64,000 nt of DNA from an uncultured Clostridia bacterium. Its GTDB lineage: Bacteria > Bacillota > Clostridia > Christensenellales > UBA1242. The stretch lies in the NCBI GenBank assembly GCA_944383685.1, contig CALWQM010000006.1, forward strand, positions 25,767 to 89,766. Reading direction: 5' to 3'. The notes beneath the pieces are model-generated. The model saw nothing but the letters and a program-made list of their open reading frames with translations. It was not told the origin of the DNA and did no database searches. Positions 18,489 through 29,000 of this stretch are shown here, one piece after another. The stretch's first letter is position 1; the number at the start of each line of letters is the position of its first letter. Made by a program: the position numbers and the translations under genes.

Positions 18489-20321
18489 ATGGAAAACAGA
18501 AATATAAGAAACGTGGCTATCATTGCCCATGTTGACCACGGCAAAACATCTTTGGTCAACGAAATGCTTAAACAAGGAAATGTTTTTAGGGATAATCAAG
18601 TGGTTGAAGACCGTGTTATGGACAGCAACGCACTTGAAAGAGAAAGAGGTATCACAATTTTGTCAAAAAACACCTCTTGCTTTTATAATGGTGTTAAGAT
18701 AAATGTTGTTGACACACCAGGACACGCAGATTTTGGCGGTGAAGTTGAAAGAGTTTTGAAGATGGTTGATGGTGTTCTTCTTGTTGTGGATGCTTTTGAA
18801 GGCCCAATGCCTCAAACACGTTTTGTGCTTGAAAAAGCCTTGGCTTTACAACTTAAAGTTGTTGTTGTAATCAACAAAATCGACAGACCAGATGCCAGAA
18901 TCAAAGAAGTTATAGACGAAGTTTTGGAATTGTTCTTGGAGCTTGATGCAAATGAAGAACAACTTAATTCTCCTTTTGTTTTTGCTTCTGCAAGGGAAGG
19001 AATTGCTTCCACTGATATGAATAAAAGGGGAACTGACTTAAAGCCACTTTTTGAAACAATAATCGACTATGTTCCAGCACCAGTTGGAGATGAAAAAGCT
19101 GGACTTAAAATGCTTATTTCATCTGCTGAACATAATGACTATGTTGGCAAACTTGCTGTTGGAAAAGTTGAAAGAGGGGAAATCAAAGTTGGGCAGAATG
19201 TTGTTGTTTGCAACTATCACGATGAAAGCAAAAAGATTAAGTCAAAAATCGTCAGCCTTTTTGTGTATGAAGGGTTAAAAAGAGTTCCTGTTGAAAAGGC
19301 CACAGTTGGTGAAATTGTTTGTGTGGCTGGGCTTGAAAATGTTACCATTGGCGACACAATTTGTGATGAGTTTGCAGTTGAACCTATTGAATTTGTTAAA
19401 ATTGCAGAGCCTTCTGTGGAAATGACTTTCATGGTTAACGACAGTCCTTTTGCAGGCCGTGAAGGAAAGTTTGTTACATCCAGACATTTAAGAGACAGGC
19501 TTTATAAGGAAGCAGTGAAAGACCTTTCTCTTAAAGTGGAAGATGGCGAAACTGCTGAAAAGTTTAAAGTTAGTGGCCGTGGTGAAATGCACCTTTCAAT
19601 TTTGATTGAAAATATGCGTCGTGACGGATACGAATTTCAGGTTTCTCAACCAAAAGTTTTAATTAAGGAAATTGATGGTGTGAAATGTGAACCTATCGAC
19701 CTTTTGTATCTTGATGTCCCAGAAGATTGCGTTGGACCAGTAATGAACAAAATGGGAGTGAGAAAAGGTGAACTTCAAGGTATGACTCCACATGGAAGCC
19801 GTATGAGAATGGAATTTTTAATTCCATCAAGAGGGCTTTTTGGTTTCAAAAGCGAATTTTTAACTGACACCAGAGGTGAAGGAATAATCAATTCAATTTT
19901 CCATGACTATGAACCATATAAGGGTGAAATCAATCGCCGTGATTATGGTGCACTTATTGCTCATGAGGAAGGCGAAGCCATTGTGTATGGACTTTTCAAT
20001 GCACAAGAAAGAGGGGAACTTTTCATTGGACCAGGAACTCCTGTTTATGCAGGTATGGTTGTTGGAATTAATCCTAAGGGCGGAGATATTGTTGTTAATG
20101 TTTGCAAGCGTAAACACCTTTCAAATATGCGTGCATCTGGCTCGGATGATGCGTTGAGACTTACTCCTCCAAAAGTTATGAGTCTTGAAGACTGCATTGA
20201 ATTTTTGGCAGATGATGAATATTTGGAAGTGACACCAAAATCAATAAGAATAAGAAAAATCATCTTAGACCACAACATGCGTTTAAGAGAACGTGGGAAA
20301 ATGCTTAGAGGGGAAATTTAA
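18489..20321 (+). CDS. typA: Translational GTPase TypA/BipA
   Basis: [42 protein letters not shown] and C-terminal [14 protein letters not shown]. Confidence 0.98.
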   Translation: MENRNIRNVAIIAHVDHGKTSLVNEMLKQGNVFRDNQVVEDRVMDSNALERERGITILSKNTSCFYNGVKINVVDTPGHADFGGEVERVLKMVDGVLLVVDAFEGPMPQTRFVLEKALALQLKVVVVINKIDRPDARIKEVIDEVLELFLELDANEEQLNSPFVFASAREGIASTDMNKRGTDLKPLFETIIDYVPAPVGDEKAGLKMLISSAEHNDYVGKLAVGKVERGEIKVGQNVVVCNYHDESKKIKSKIVSLFVYEGLKRVPVEKATVGEIVCVAGLENVTIGDTICDEFAVEPIEFVKIAEPSVEMTFMVNDSPFAGREGKFVTSRHLRDRLYKEAVKDLSLKVEDGETAEKFKVSGRGEMHLSILIENMRRDGYEFQVSQPKVLIKEIDGVKCEPIDLLYLDVPEDCVGPVMNKMGVRKGELQGMTPHGSRMRMEFLIPSRGLFGFKSEFLTDTRGEGIINSIFHDYEPYKGEINRRDYGALIAHEEGEAIVYGLFNAQERGELFIGPGTPVYAGMVVGINPKGGDIVVNVCKRKHLSNMRASGSDDALRLTPPKVMSLEDCIEFLADDEYLEVTPKSIRIRKIILDHNMRLRERGKMLRGEI

Positions 20322-20343
20322 TAAGAGTCTTAAATTTGTTTGC

Positions 20344-20377
20344 AAAAGAACCTGTGAAAAACAGGTTCTTTTTTTTG
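20344..20377 (+). terminator. Intrinsic terminator of typA
   Basis: AAAAGAACCTGT-GAAAA-ACAGGTTCTTTT plus T run. Confidence 0.88.
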
Positions 20378-20433
20378 ATTTTAGCAATTTTTATTGATTG
20401 GCATAAATAACTTTAAAGAAAACTTGCCATTTA

Positions 20434-20462
20434 TTGACAAAATTATTTTAAATTGATATACT
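20434..20462 (+). promoter_or_regulatory. Sigma-A promoter of the dnaB-gltX operon
   Basis: TTGACA-N17-TATACT with TG extension. Confidence 0.8.
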
Positions 20463-20482
20463 TTAAATATTAGAGAGATATT

Positions 20483-20740
20483 ATGAAAGTTTCAGAAAGA
20501 ATGGTTTTAAAAGATAGGTTGATAAAATTAGGGATATTTTGCCTTATAGTTTTTCTTCCTATTATGGTTGTTGCAATTGTGCTTGCAAGTTGTGGAGTTT
20601 CACAAGCTGTGAACATTGTTGTCAATGTGGTTTTGCTTATTGTTTTATTTTTGCTTTTTATGTATATTTGCAATGTCATTGACAAAAAGAAGGAAAAGAA
20701 GCTTAAAGAGAGTGGCAAAAAAGACCCATTTGCAGATTAA
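20483..20740 (+). CDS. Small two-TM membrane protein (85 aa), unknown function
   Basis: Two hydrophobic segments and a basic C-tail. First gene after a strong promoter. Confidence 0.75.
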   Translation: MKVSERMVLKDRLIKLGIFCLIVFLPIMVVAIVLASCGVSQAVNIVVNVVLLIVLFLLFMYICNVIDKKKEKKLKESGKKDPFAD

Positions 20741-20749
20741 GGAGAGAAA

Positions 20750-22117
20750 ATGGCTGAATATAAGGTTTTACCAAACAATTTAGAGTCGGAACAAGCGGTT
20801 TTAGGATGTGTTCTTATTGATCAAGAAGCACAAACCGATATTTTATCCACGTTAAATAGAGATGATTTTTATTCGGAAGCACACAGAAATATTTTTCAGG
20901 CAATGCAAACAATCTTCACAAAAAGCATACCTGTTGACTTTGTCACACTCACAAGCGAACTTGAAGTTGAAAAGAAACTTGAAACAGTTGGCGGAATTGA
21001 TTACATAACATATCTTTCAAACGTTGTGCCATCAGCCGCAAACTTTAAGCATTATTGTGATATTGTCATCTCAAATTCGGTGAGAAGAAATTTAATTAAA
21101 TGCGGACAATCTATAATTGAAGATGCTTTCAAGAATGGTGATGAAAAAAGTTCAATGCAGTTTGCTGAAAAATCAATTTTCGACTTGTCTCAAAAGCAAC
21201 AAGACAGTGACCTTGAACTTGTTGGTAAACCAGGTGGGGTATTGACAGAAGTTTTGAAAGAATTAAGTGAAATTGCGGAAAATCAAGGAAAAATGCGTGG
21301 TATTCCAACAGGCTTTAAAGATTTTGATGCAATCACAAACGGCCTTCAAAAAAGTGATTTGATTTTGCTTGCGGCTCGTCCTGGTGTTGGTAAAACTTCT
21401 TTTGCCATGAATATTGCAACCAATGTTGCCATAAACGAAGGGAAAAGAGTGGCAATATTTGACCTTGAAATGAGTAAGGCTCAACTTATGCAAAGGGCAC
21501 TCGCTTCTGTTGCAAAAGTAAATTTAACACATGTTTTAAGAGGTTCCATGGACCAAGAGGAATGGAAAAGACTTTGGACCGCTGAGAAAAAACTTGCTGA
21601 AAGCATGATTTATCTTGATGACTCGTCAATGACCACTCCACTTGATATCATTTCAAAATGCAGAAAACTTAAAATGACAGAAGGTCTCGATTTAATTGTT
21701 ATTGACTATCTTCAACTTATGAAAGCCAATAAAAAAGGAACAAGTGAAAACAGAACTCAGGAAGTTAGTGATATAACAAGAATGCTTAAAGTTGCTGCAA
21801 AAGACCTCAATGTGCCAATCATTCTTTTGTCGCAGTTATCACGTTTGGTTGAACAAAGAGAAGACCATAAGCCAATATTAAGTGACCTTCGTGAGTCTGG
21901 TTCTATTGAGCAGGATGCTGATATTGTGCTTTTCTTATACAATCCTGAAAATTACAATGATGTTATATCAAACGAAGAACCAGGAACTGTTCATCTTATC
22001 ATTGCAAAACACAGAAGCGGTTCAACTGGTGAAATTAAACTTAAATGGATAAAAGAAATCACAACTTACACCAATATGCCTGCAAATCGTCAGCAAGAAA
22101 GAGTAGAGGAGGAATAA
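20750..22117 (+). CDS. dnaB: Replicative DNA helicase DnaB/DnaC
   Basis: PNNLESEQAVLG, Walker A AARPGVGKT, IDYLQL, LSQLSR, DLRESGSIEQDAD, IIAKHR. Confidence 0.98.
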   Translation: MAEYKVLPNNLESEQAVLGCVLIDQEAQTDILSTLNRDDFYSEAHRNIFQAMQTIFTKSIPVDFVTLTSELEVEKKLETVGGIDYITYLSNVVPSAANFKHYCDIVISNSVRRNLIKCGQSIIEDAFKNGDEKSSMQFAEKSIFDLSQKQQDSDLELVGKPGGVLTEVLKELSEIAENQGKMRGIPTGFKDFDAITNGLQKSDLILLAARPGVGKTSFAMNIATNVAINEGKRVAIFDLEMSKAQLMQRALASVAKVNLTHVLRGSMDQEEWKRLWTAEKKLAESMIYLDDSSMTTPLDIISKCRKLKMTEGLDLIVIDYLQLMKANKKGTSENRTQEVSDITRMLKVAAKDLNVPIILLSQLSRLVEQREDHKPILSDLRESGSIEQDADIVLFLYNPENYNDVISNEEPGTVHLIIAKHRSGSTGEIKLKWIKEITTYTNMPANRQQERVEEE

Positions 22118-22932
22118 TGAAAAAGGGGATAATAATAACAGTTATTTTTCTTGTGATTGCCGTTGTGCTTACCATTGTTTTCATCAATCTTTTCAAAGAA
22201 AGAGACACAAGAGATTTGTCAAATCAAGTTGTTGATGCGGTGCAAGAGGGATACTTAAATGATGATGCAGAAGACACGGAAAGTACCTATAACATAATTA
22301 ACAATTATTTAAAATCAGTTGTTTCAAGTGAAGGAATAACTGCCAGCGAAGTCAATGAAATTAAAAATGTTCGAAAACTTTATGAAACTTATGCTCTTGT
22401 TGCTGATTTTTACAGCAAAGAACTTGTTTTCAGTGACTATAATGATACCTATAAACGCAATAAAAATGATGCAAAAAATGGGTTAAGCGAAGCAAGTGAT
22501 AAAGCGCAAGAAATGGTTAACTATATTCAAGAAAATGCAGAAAAAGTTGGTGAGAGCACAAGCTGGAAGGCAAGAACTTGGACTGATTTAAGGAATATTG
22601 CCTTCACTTTTGTTGATGCAAACAACAGAGCTTTCACATCATTGCAAGTTATTTTTGAGGCATCTGTGACATCCAGCCTTTCAAACAATGAATTTTCAAA
22701 CCTTGTGCTTACTGCAATTAATGATAACTTTGGAAAAGCAAGAAATGAAATAAGTGAACTTGCAAACTTCACTGATAATGCTTACATAATGGCAAATTCA
22801 TATTTAACAAATGATTATTTAAGAATTATGGGCTATGTTTATAACACAGATTTAAAAGAAAAAGTTAAATACATTAATGAAAATGGAACAGAAAACGAAT
22901 ATTACAACTCTTTGCTTACAGGAAAACTTTAA
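22117..22932 (+). CDS. Hypothetical N-terminally membrane-anchored helical protein
   Basis: Start at ATG 22117 overlaps the dnaB stop (TAATG) with a GGAGGA SD. N-terminal TM. Confidence 0.8.
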   Translation: MKKGIIITVIFLVIAVVLTIVFINLFKERDTRDLSNQVVDAVQEGYLNDDAEDTESTYNIINNYLKSVVSSEGITASEVNEIKNVRKLYETYALVADFYSKELVFSDYNDTYKRNKNDAKNGLSEASDKAQEMVNYIQENAEKVGESTSWKARTWTDLRNIAFTFVDANNRAFTSLQVIFEASVTSSLSNNEFSNLVLTAINDNFGKARNEISELANFTDNAYIMANSYLTNDYLRIMGYVYNTDLKEKVKYINENGTENEYYNSLLTGKL

Positions 22933-22944
22933 TAAGGAGAGATT

Positions 22945-24027
22945 ATGACAGAAAGAAAGATTATATCGTCAAAATCAAAAATTGCAATATCAATACTTCT
23001 CATTTTTACCTGCTTGGTTTGCGTGCTGACATTTGCTGGTTGTGGAGCATTATCGGTTACCACTGTTAAGGAAAGTTTGGACAAAATGAACACTGAACTT
23101 GGACAATACACAGATGTGCTCACAAAAGATGATTCAGCACATAACACAATAAATTATTATAAAGTTCACTATGGCACTGTTGTGGATGGGCTTGTGAATG
23201 GTGGTGCAGAAAACTATGCTGATTTGCAAATTTATAATTCCATTTTTTCAATAGCCATGAGTTATATAGAAGAAAACCATGCTGTTATCACCAATTTGAC
23301 AGACGAAGAAGCAAATGATGCAACAAAAAATGAATTAGACAATCTCAACTCAAACATTGAAAGTTTCACAAATGAAATTAAAGTTTTTGTTGAAAGCAAA
23401 AAAAGCCTTGAAAACTTTTTCAATGAATATGGCGAAACAATGGGCGAAGCTGATAAATTAGCAAAATTAAGAGAATTTAAAAGAGAATATTCTAATTTTG
23501 TTAACAAAAGTGTTGTGCTTGCATCAAGTTTATCAAGTGCGGTTAATGCGACAGGTGTTTTAAATGATATTGAAAATGTTGAATTAATTAAAAATTTTAT
23601 CTGCAACAAAGTTTTAAGTGTTTACAATGAGTTCTTTATAGTTGAAATGGGTAATTTTAACTGGCAAGAATCAAGTGAAACAGCAACAAAAACACAAATT
23701 AATGGAATAATAAGCAGCCTTAAAAATGCTTTCATAACCTATCTTCAAATTGTCAGTCTCAACGATTCAAGTTTGAAAACTTTGACAGCAGAAGAATTAA
23801 AGTCAATCACAAATCAAGCTGAAAGCTTTATGACCGAGGCAAATAATTTCTTTGAAGCTTTGCAAGGTTTGGATATTGAAAACTTAGCAGTTAATTATTT
23901 AAACGATATTGATAAATATGTTGAAGACAACAACTTTGCTGCTATTTACTTAGAAAAAATTGAACAATTTGTAAACTATACATTGCCAAACTATTTAAGT
24001 GAATTTAGAGCAAGTATAGCAAATTAA
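22945..24027 (+). CDS. Hypothetical alpha-helical lipoprotein (360 aa)
   Basis: AAGGAG SD, signal peptide with lipobox FAG-C33, and a heptad-rich mature part. Confidence 0.8.
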   Translation: MTERKIISSKSKIAISILLIFTCLVCVLTFAGCGALSVTTVKESLDKMNTELGQYTDVLTKDDSAHNTINYYKVHYGTVVDGLVNGGAENYADLQIYNSIFSIAMSYIEENHAVITNLTDEEANDATKNELDNLNSNIESFTNEIKVFVESKKSLENFFNEYGETMGEADKLAKLREFKREYSNFVNKSVVLASSLSSAVNATGVLNDIENVELIKNFICNKVLSVYNEFFIVEMGNFNWQESSETATKTQINGIISSLKNAFITYLQIVSLNDSSLKTLTAEELKSITNQAESFMTEANNFFEALQGLDIENLAVNYLNDIDKYVEDNNFAAIYLEKIEQFVNYTLPNYLSEFRASIAN

Positions 24028-24041
24028 AGGAGTAATCAATA

Positions 24042-25673
24042 ATGGATAACAAAAAATTAGCAGACCTTCTTTTCCCAAACAACAAATTTACTGTTGAGGA
24101 AATTGAAAAGAAATATCCAAAAAGAAATTTAAAGGAAGGAGCCGAAGTCACAAGATTTGCACCAAGCCCAACAGGTTTTATGCATATTGGTGGATTTTTT
24201 CAAGCAATTATTGACAAAAACATTGCAAAGCGATCTAATGGTGTTTTTATGCTTAGAATTGAAGACACTGATAAAAAAAGAGAAATAATCGGCGCAAGCA
24301 CCATTATTCTTGAAGTTTTGAAGCGTTATGACTGTATGCCAGATGAGTATGAAGAAAAAGGTGTTCAAGTTGTTGGAAATTATGGGCCATATTTTCAAAG
24401 CGAAAGAGAAGAATACTATAAAGCTTATGCGAAAAAGTTGGTAAGTGAAGGTAAGGCTTTCCCATGTTTTTGCAGAAAAACAGAAGGGCTTAATGATGTT
24501 AAAGAAAAAAGAGAAAAAATGTTTGCTCTTGGTTTAACAGAAGATAAAGACCCATGCCGTAATCTCACGATAGAGCAGATTGAGGAATATCTTGAAGAAG
24601 GAAAACCTTTCGCAATTAAATTGAAAGCAAAGGGCAATGGACAAAACAAAATTAAAGTTAAAGATATTTTGAAAGGCGAACTTGAAATTCAAGAAAATGG
24701 CGAGGATGCTGTGCTTTTGAAAAGTGACGGAATGCCAACTTATGCCTTTGCACATGCGATTGATGACCACTTGATGGGGACCACAACGGTTGTGCGTGGG
24801 GAAGAATGGTTGCCATCATATCCACTTCATATTGAGATTCATGAAGCTTTGGGATTTAAGTTGCCTAAGTATATTCATACACCACTTATTTATAAAATTC
24901 GTGAAAATGGTGGCAGAACAAAAATTTCAAAAAGAATTGATGTTGAAGCCGACATGAGATATTTTTCAAAAGAAGGGTATGAGCCACAAGCACTTGAAGA
25001 ATATTTAATCAATTTGGCAAACTCCAACTTTGAGCCTTGGAGAAAGGAAAATCCAAATGCGCCACTTGATGAATTTCCATTCGATGGTTTCAATATAACA
25101 GCCAATACACCTGTTTTTGACATTGTGAAATTAAATGATATTTCCAAAGAGCTTATTGCAAAATACAGTGCAGAAACTTGTTATAACAAACTGCTTGCTT
25201 GGGCAGAAGAAAATTCAGTTGAAAATGTTGATTATCTTAAAAAAGACAAAAACTATGTTTTGAAAGTTTTAAATATTGATAGAGAAAAAGAAAAACCAAG
25301 AAAAGACATCTTCAAGTGGAGTATGGTTTTTGATTATTATGATTACATGTTCAGTGCTCCAAAGGCTTATCAAGTTGAAGAAAACGAAAGGAAGAAATTT
25401 GAGGAAGTTTTAAGAGCATATAAAAACTATATTGATTTAACAAGTAAAGATGCTTGGTTTGCAAAGGTTAAAGAAATGGCTGAAAAACTTGGCTATGCTG
25501 TTGACAATAAAGCTTTTAAAAAAGAACCTGAAAAATTTAAGGGTAATGTTGCCAAGGTTTGCGAGTTTATAAGAGTGGCAATTACTGGTCAAAAAAATTC
25601 TCCTGACCTTTATGAAATTATGTCCGTTCTTGGAGAGGAAAAAGTTAGAGAAAGAATTTCTTTAATTGTTTAA
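24042..25673 (+). CDS. gltX: Glutamate--tRNA ligase
   Basis: TRFAPSPTGFMHIGG (HIGH-like), LRIEDTD, LLKSDGMPTY, VVRGEEW, KISKR (KMSKS-like). Confidence 0.97.
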   Translation: MDNKKLADLLFPNNKFTVEEIEKKYPKRNLKEGAEVTRFAPSPTGFMHIGGFFQAIIDKNIAKRSNGVFMLRIEDTDKKREIIGASTIILEVLKRYDCMPDEYEEKGVQVVGNYGPYFQSEREEYYKAYAKKLVSEGKAFPCFCRKTEGLNDVKEKREKMFALGLTEDKDPCRNLTIEQIEEYLEEGKPFAIKLKAKGNGQNKIKVKDILKGELEIQENGEDAVLLKSDGMPTYAFAHAIDDHLMGTTTVVRGEEWLPSYPLHIEIHEALGFKLPKYIHTPLIYKIRENGGRTKISKRIDVEADMRYFSKEGYEPQALEEYLINLANSNFEPWRKENPNAPLDEFPFDGFNITANTPVFDIVKLNDISKELIAKYSAETCYNKLLAWAEENSVENVDYLKKDKNYVLKVLNIDREKEKPRKDIFKWSMVFDYYDYMFSAPKAYQVEENERKKFEEVLRAYKNYIDLTSKDAWFAKVKEMAEKLGYAVDNKAFKKEPEKFKGNVAKVCEFIRVAITGQKNSPDLYEIMSVLGEEKVRERISLIV

Positions 25674-25688
25674 AAAATAAATATAAAT

Positions 25689-25718
25689 AAAAAATAGCAA
25701 AAAATCATGCTATTTTTT
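25689..25718 (+). terminator. Intrinsic terminator after gltX
   Basis: AAAAAATAGCA-N8-TGCTATTTTTT. Confidence 0.7.
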
Positions 25719-25949
25719 ATTTTTTTATTAATTTTTTGCATTTTTTTAGCATTTTTTATTTAAAAAATATTTTTTTTATAAAAATAAACAATTTTATTTA
25801 TTTTTTAATTTTAAATTAATTCAAAAAAATACTAATTAAAATTTATTTTTTTGATTTTTATTTAATTAAAAATATTTTTGTTCATAATTTCGCTTATAAA
25901 AATGGGATTAATATTAAATAATATATATAATACTTTTTACCAAATTTAT

Positions 25950-25979
25950 TTGCATTTTCATTTTATTTTTTTGTATAAT
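25950..25979 (+). promoter_or_regulatory. Sigma-A promoter of the giant membrane protein gene
   Basis: TTGCAT-N18-TATAAT. GGAGT SD before ATG 26018. Confidence 0.55.
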
Positions 25980-26017
25980 AATAATGACTGATAAGTTTGG
26001 CAAATGTATGGAGTATT

Positions 26018-29000
26018 ATGAAGATAAGAAGTTGGTTATGTTCATTCTTATTTGTTCTTTGTGGCATAATGGGTGCCTATACTTTGACATTGCCAACATT
26101 TAATAATGTTGCAAGTGCTGTAAGCGATGATGCAAGTGTTTGGAATGGAGAATATCCAAGTTCAGTATCTAAAAATGATTTTTATGTGGATGAAGGTAAA
26201 AATGAGGCTTACATATACTCAGCAAAAGGCTTTGCTTATTTTGCACAGTCTTTAACGATGAATAATGCATCTTATTCAAACACCACGGTTTATCTTGAAA
26301 CAGACATTGATTTAAAAGAAAGAAATTGGGCTCCTATTGGTTCAAGAAATCAAGCAAATTCATTTGCTGCTTTTACTGGAACTTTTGATGGAAAAAATCA
26401 CACAATTTATAATTTAAAAATTGACTCTTCAAGTACATACACATATTTTGATGGCAGAAGTTACTCTTATACTGACACCTATGTTGGACTTTTTGCAAGC
26501 ATTGGGCAAGGTGGCTCAGTATCCAATTTGCATTTGGCAAATGTCAACATAAATTATGGTGTTAACAATGCTTATGTTGGAGCAATTGCAGGCCAAGTTT
26601 CCAATGGTGGTTGGATTTCATCTGTAAGTGTCAACGGCTCGATTTCAGCAAATTCAGCATTTGGTGTTGGTGGTGTTGTTGGAACTGCTGTTGGCAGATT
26701 GTCTAGTGAGCCACTTGCTCAATACACCCCAAAGACCTTCAATTTAGAAAAAAATGAAGCAGGAAGGGATACCTATATAAGTAAAGTTGTAAATAGAGCC
26801 AGTGTTTCAGGTGGAACAAAAGTTGGCGGTATTGCAGGTATTTCAAATTATTCTGTTTTGTTTGAAGAATGCGCAAACTATGGAGAATTAAGTTCAGCAC
26901 AATCAAGCGGAAACATATATATTGGTGGTATTGTTGGCAGTGCGGATGACAGTGACACAAACAGTTACATTGTTGTTCAAAATGCTTTCAATATGGGCGA
27001 TTTGGTTATTGATAAAAGCAATATTAATGCTGGTGGTATTCTTGGATATAGTGCAACAAACAGAAGTAGAAACTATTTTGAAATTAGAAATGCCTATAAT
27101 GCCGGTGATTTCTTAACAAATTCCACAGGGCTCTCAAATGTCAATGTTTCTGGTATTATTGGCTCTGCTGCAAATCCAAATTATTTCTATTGCTACACAG
27201 ATTCCTCAAATGAAGAAAATAATTCAAATAAATACTATCTTTATGGAACATTTAATATTGGAAATTTAATTGACGCAAACAATGGAAATGAACTTACAAG
27301 TGCAACTGGTGTCACTTTTAGAGATTTGATTTATTTTACAACAAATAGCTCTGTTTCAATTGAAAAAGAAACTGTTCTTTACGATTATGACACAGCAAAC
27401 ACATCTGGAACAGACCTGCAATATGCAAGCAAAATTGCTCAACTTGATGGAAAAATCAGCAATATAGACTTTTTGGAAAACACACTTTTATGGAATAAAA
27501 CAAGAGACGAAAAAGGTATTGTTGATGTTAACAGCAACCAAAATATATGGGCTATCAATAGAAATTACAATGAAAGTTTACCTTATTTAACCTTTATTTA
27601 TGATTCTTCTTTTACTGATAAGGACACTGAAACTTCCGTTGAAGACCTGTGGCTTGGGGAAGGAACAATTGATTCTCCTTATTTAATTTATACAGCGGAA
27701 GATTTGGCGAGAATTGCGGATGTAAATAATGGAAAAAGCTTTGGCGCTGGAAAAGAAGATAACCCTATATACTTTTCACTTCAAAATAATATAGACTTGT
27801 CAAGCCAGGCTTGGACTCCAATTGGTATAGATGGTGGTTCTTTTGAAAATTCAGTTTTTGATGGAAATAATTTCACTATTTCTGGAATTAACTGTTCACT
27901 TCAAGTGGAATATAATGAAGCAGTTGGCCTTTTTGGAACAATAAGTAATTCTATTATAAGAAATGTTAAGATAAAAGATTTTAGATATATTGGTTCAACA
28001 AGCACAACTGATCCAATTAAGGCCACATTGGTGGGAAGAATGCAAGATTCTTACATAATTAACTGTGCAGATTTAACAGGTAGGAGTGAAAATACTGTTG
28101 GGGAAACAGTTATATTAGGAGAAAATACCACTCAAAAGTCTTACGTTATTTATGGCAAAAATAATATAGAAAACGTAAGTAATAATTATAAAGCAAATAT
28201 TAGTTTGCCTAATGAAAGTGGACAACTTATTGAAGGCTATCTTGTTACATTAAATTTAAAAAATGGAACTTTGTATGACAGCTTTGCTGATTCTAACATC
28301 GAAGTTCATAAAGGTAATTCCCAATTTGTTTTGACAGGTGCAAGTGACGGCGAAACTTCTGGATATGGCTTGCTTGATATGTCAAGTTTGGATCCAACAT
28401 ATTTAACAAGTTTACCGGTGGACACCCTTAATGTTGAAAATAATCAAAATAACACATCAAATGTAATTATTAAACCTGGCTTTATTATCAGTGGATACAC
28501 CATTGCAGGTGTTGCAGATGATGGTGGGCTTGACGGCGAAAAGAAATTTGCCGACATAGGCGCAAGTTTTTCATCAAATGTCAGCTCAGATGGTAGCCCA
28601 AATGATATATTTAAGCTTGTTGAAAGCGGTGTGAATGCTTATTGGACAGAACACGCAGATATTGAATATACCGTTTACACAAATAAGTTTGAAAAAACTG
28701 TTGCAGACAAAACAGGAACTGATTATTTGGAAATTACTGGGGATAATGTTTTAACCATTTCAACACCTTACAACACTTATTGGAGCATTGCTGAGTTTGT
28801 TAATTCCCTTAATGCAGAAATGGAATTGCAAGGAACAGCAAGACAAGGTTTTGAAATTTCTGGTATCTTCCCTGAATTTGATGAAGAAAAGGCAGAATTT
28901 GGTGGAACATCTCTTAATCTTAGCGGTGAAAGTGGAGTTGGTTTCTTCTTGAATCAAAATGAAGATTACTTCATTCAATGGAAGGGGACTGAAAATTACA

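Noticed and set aside
24028-24041. T-box leader for gltX
   Set aside because: The intergenic gap is only 14 bp, leaving no room and showing no T-box motif.
25984-26103. 39-codon alternative-frame ORF (MTDKFGKCMEYY...) overlapping the start of the giant gene
   Set aside because: No SD, only 4 nt after the -10, and it overlaps a well-formed signal-peptide frame. Most likely incidental.
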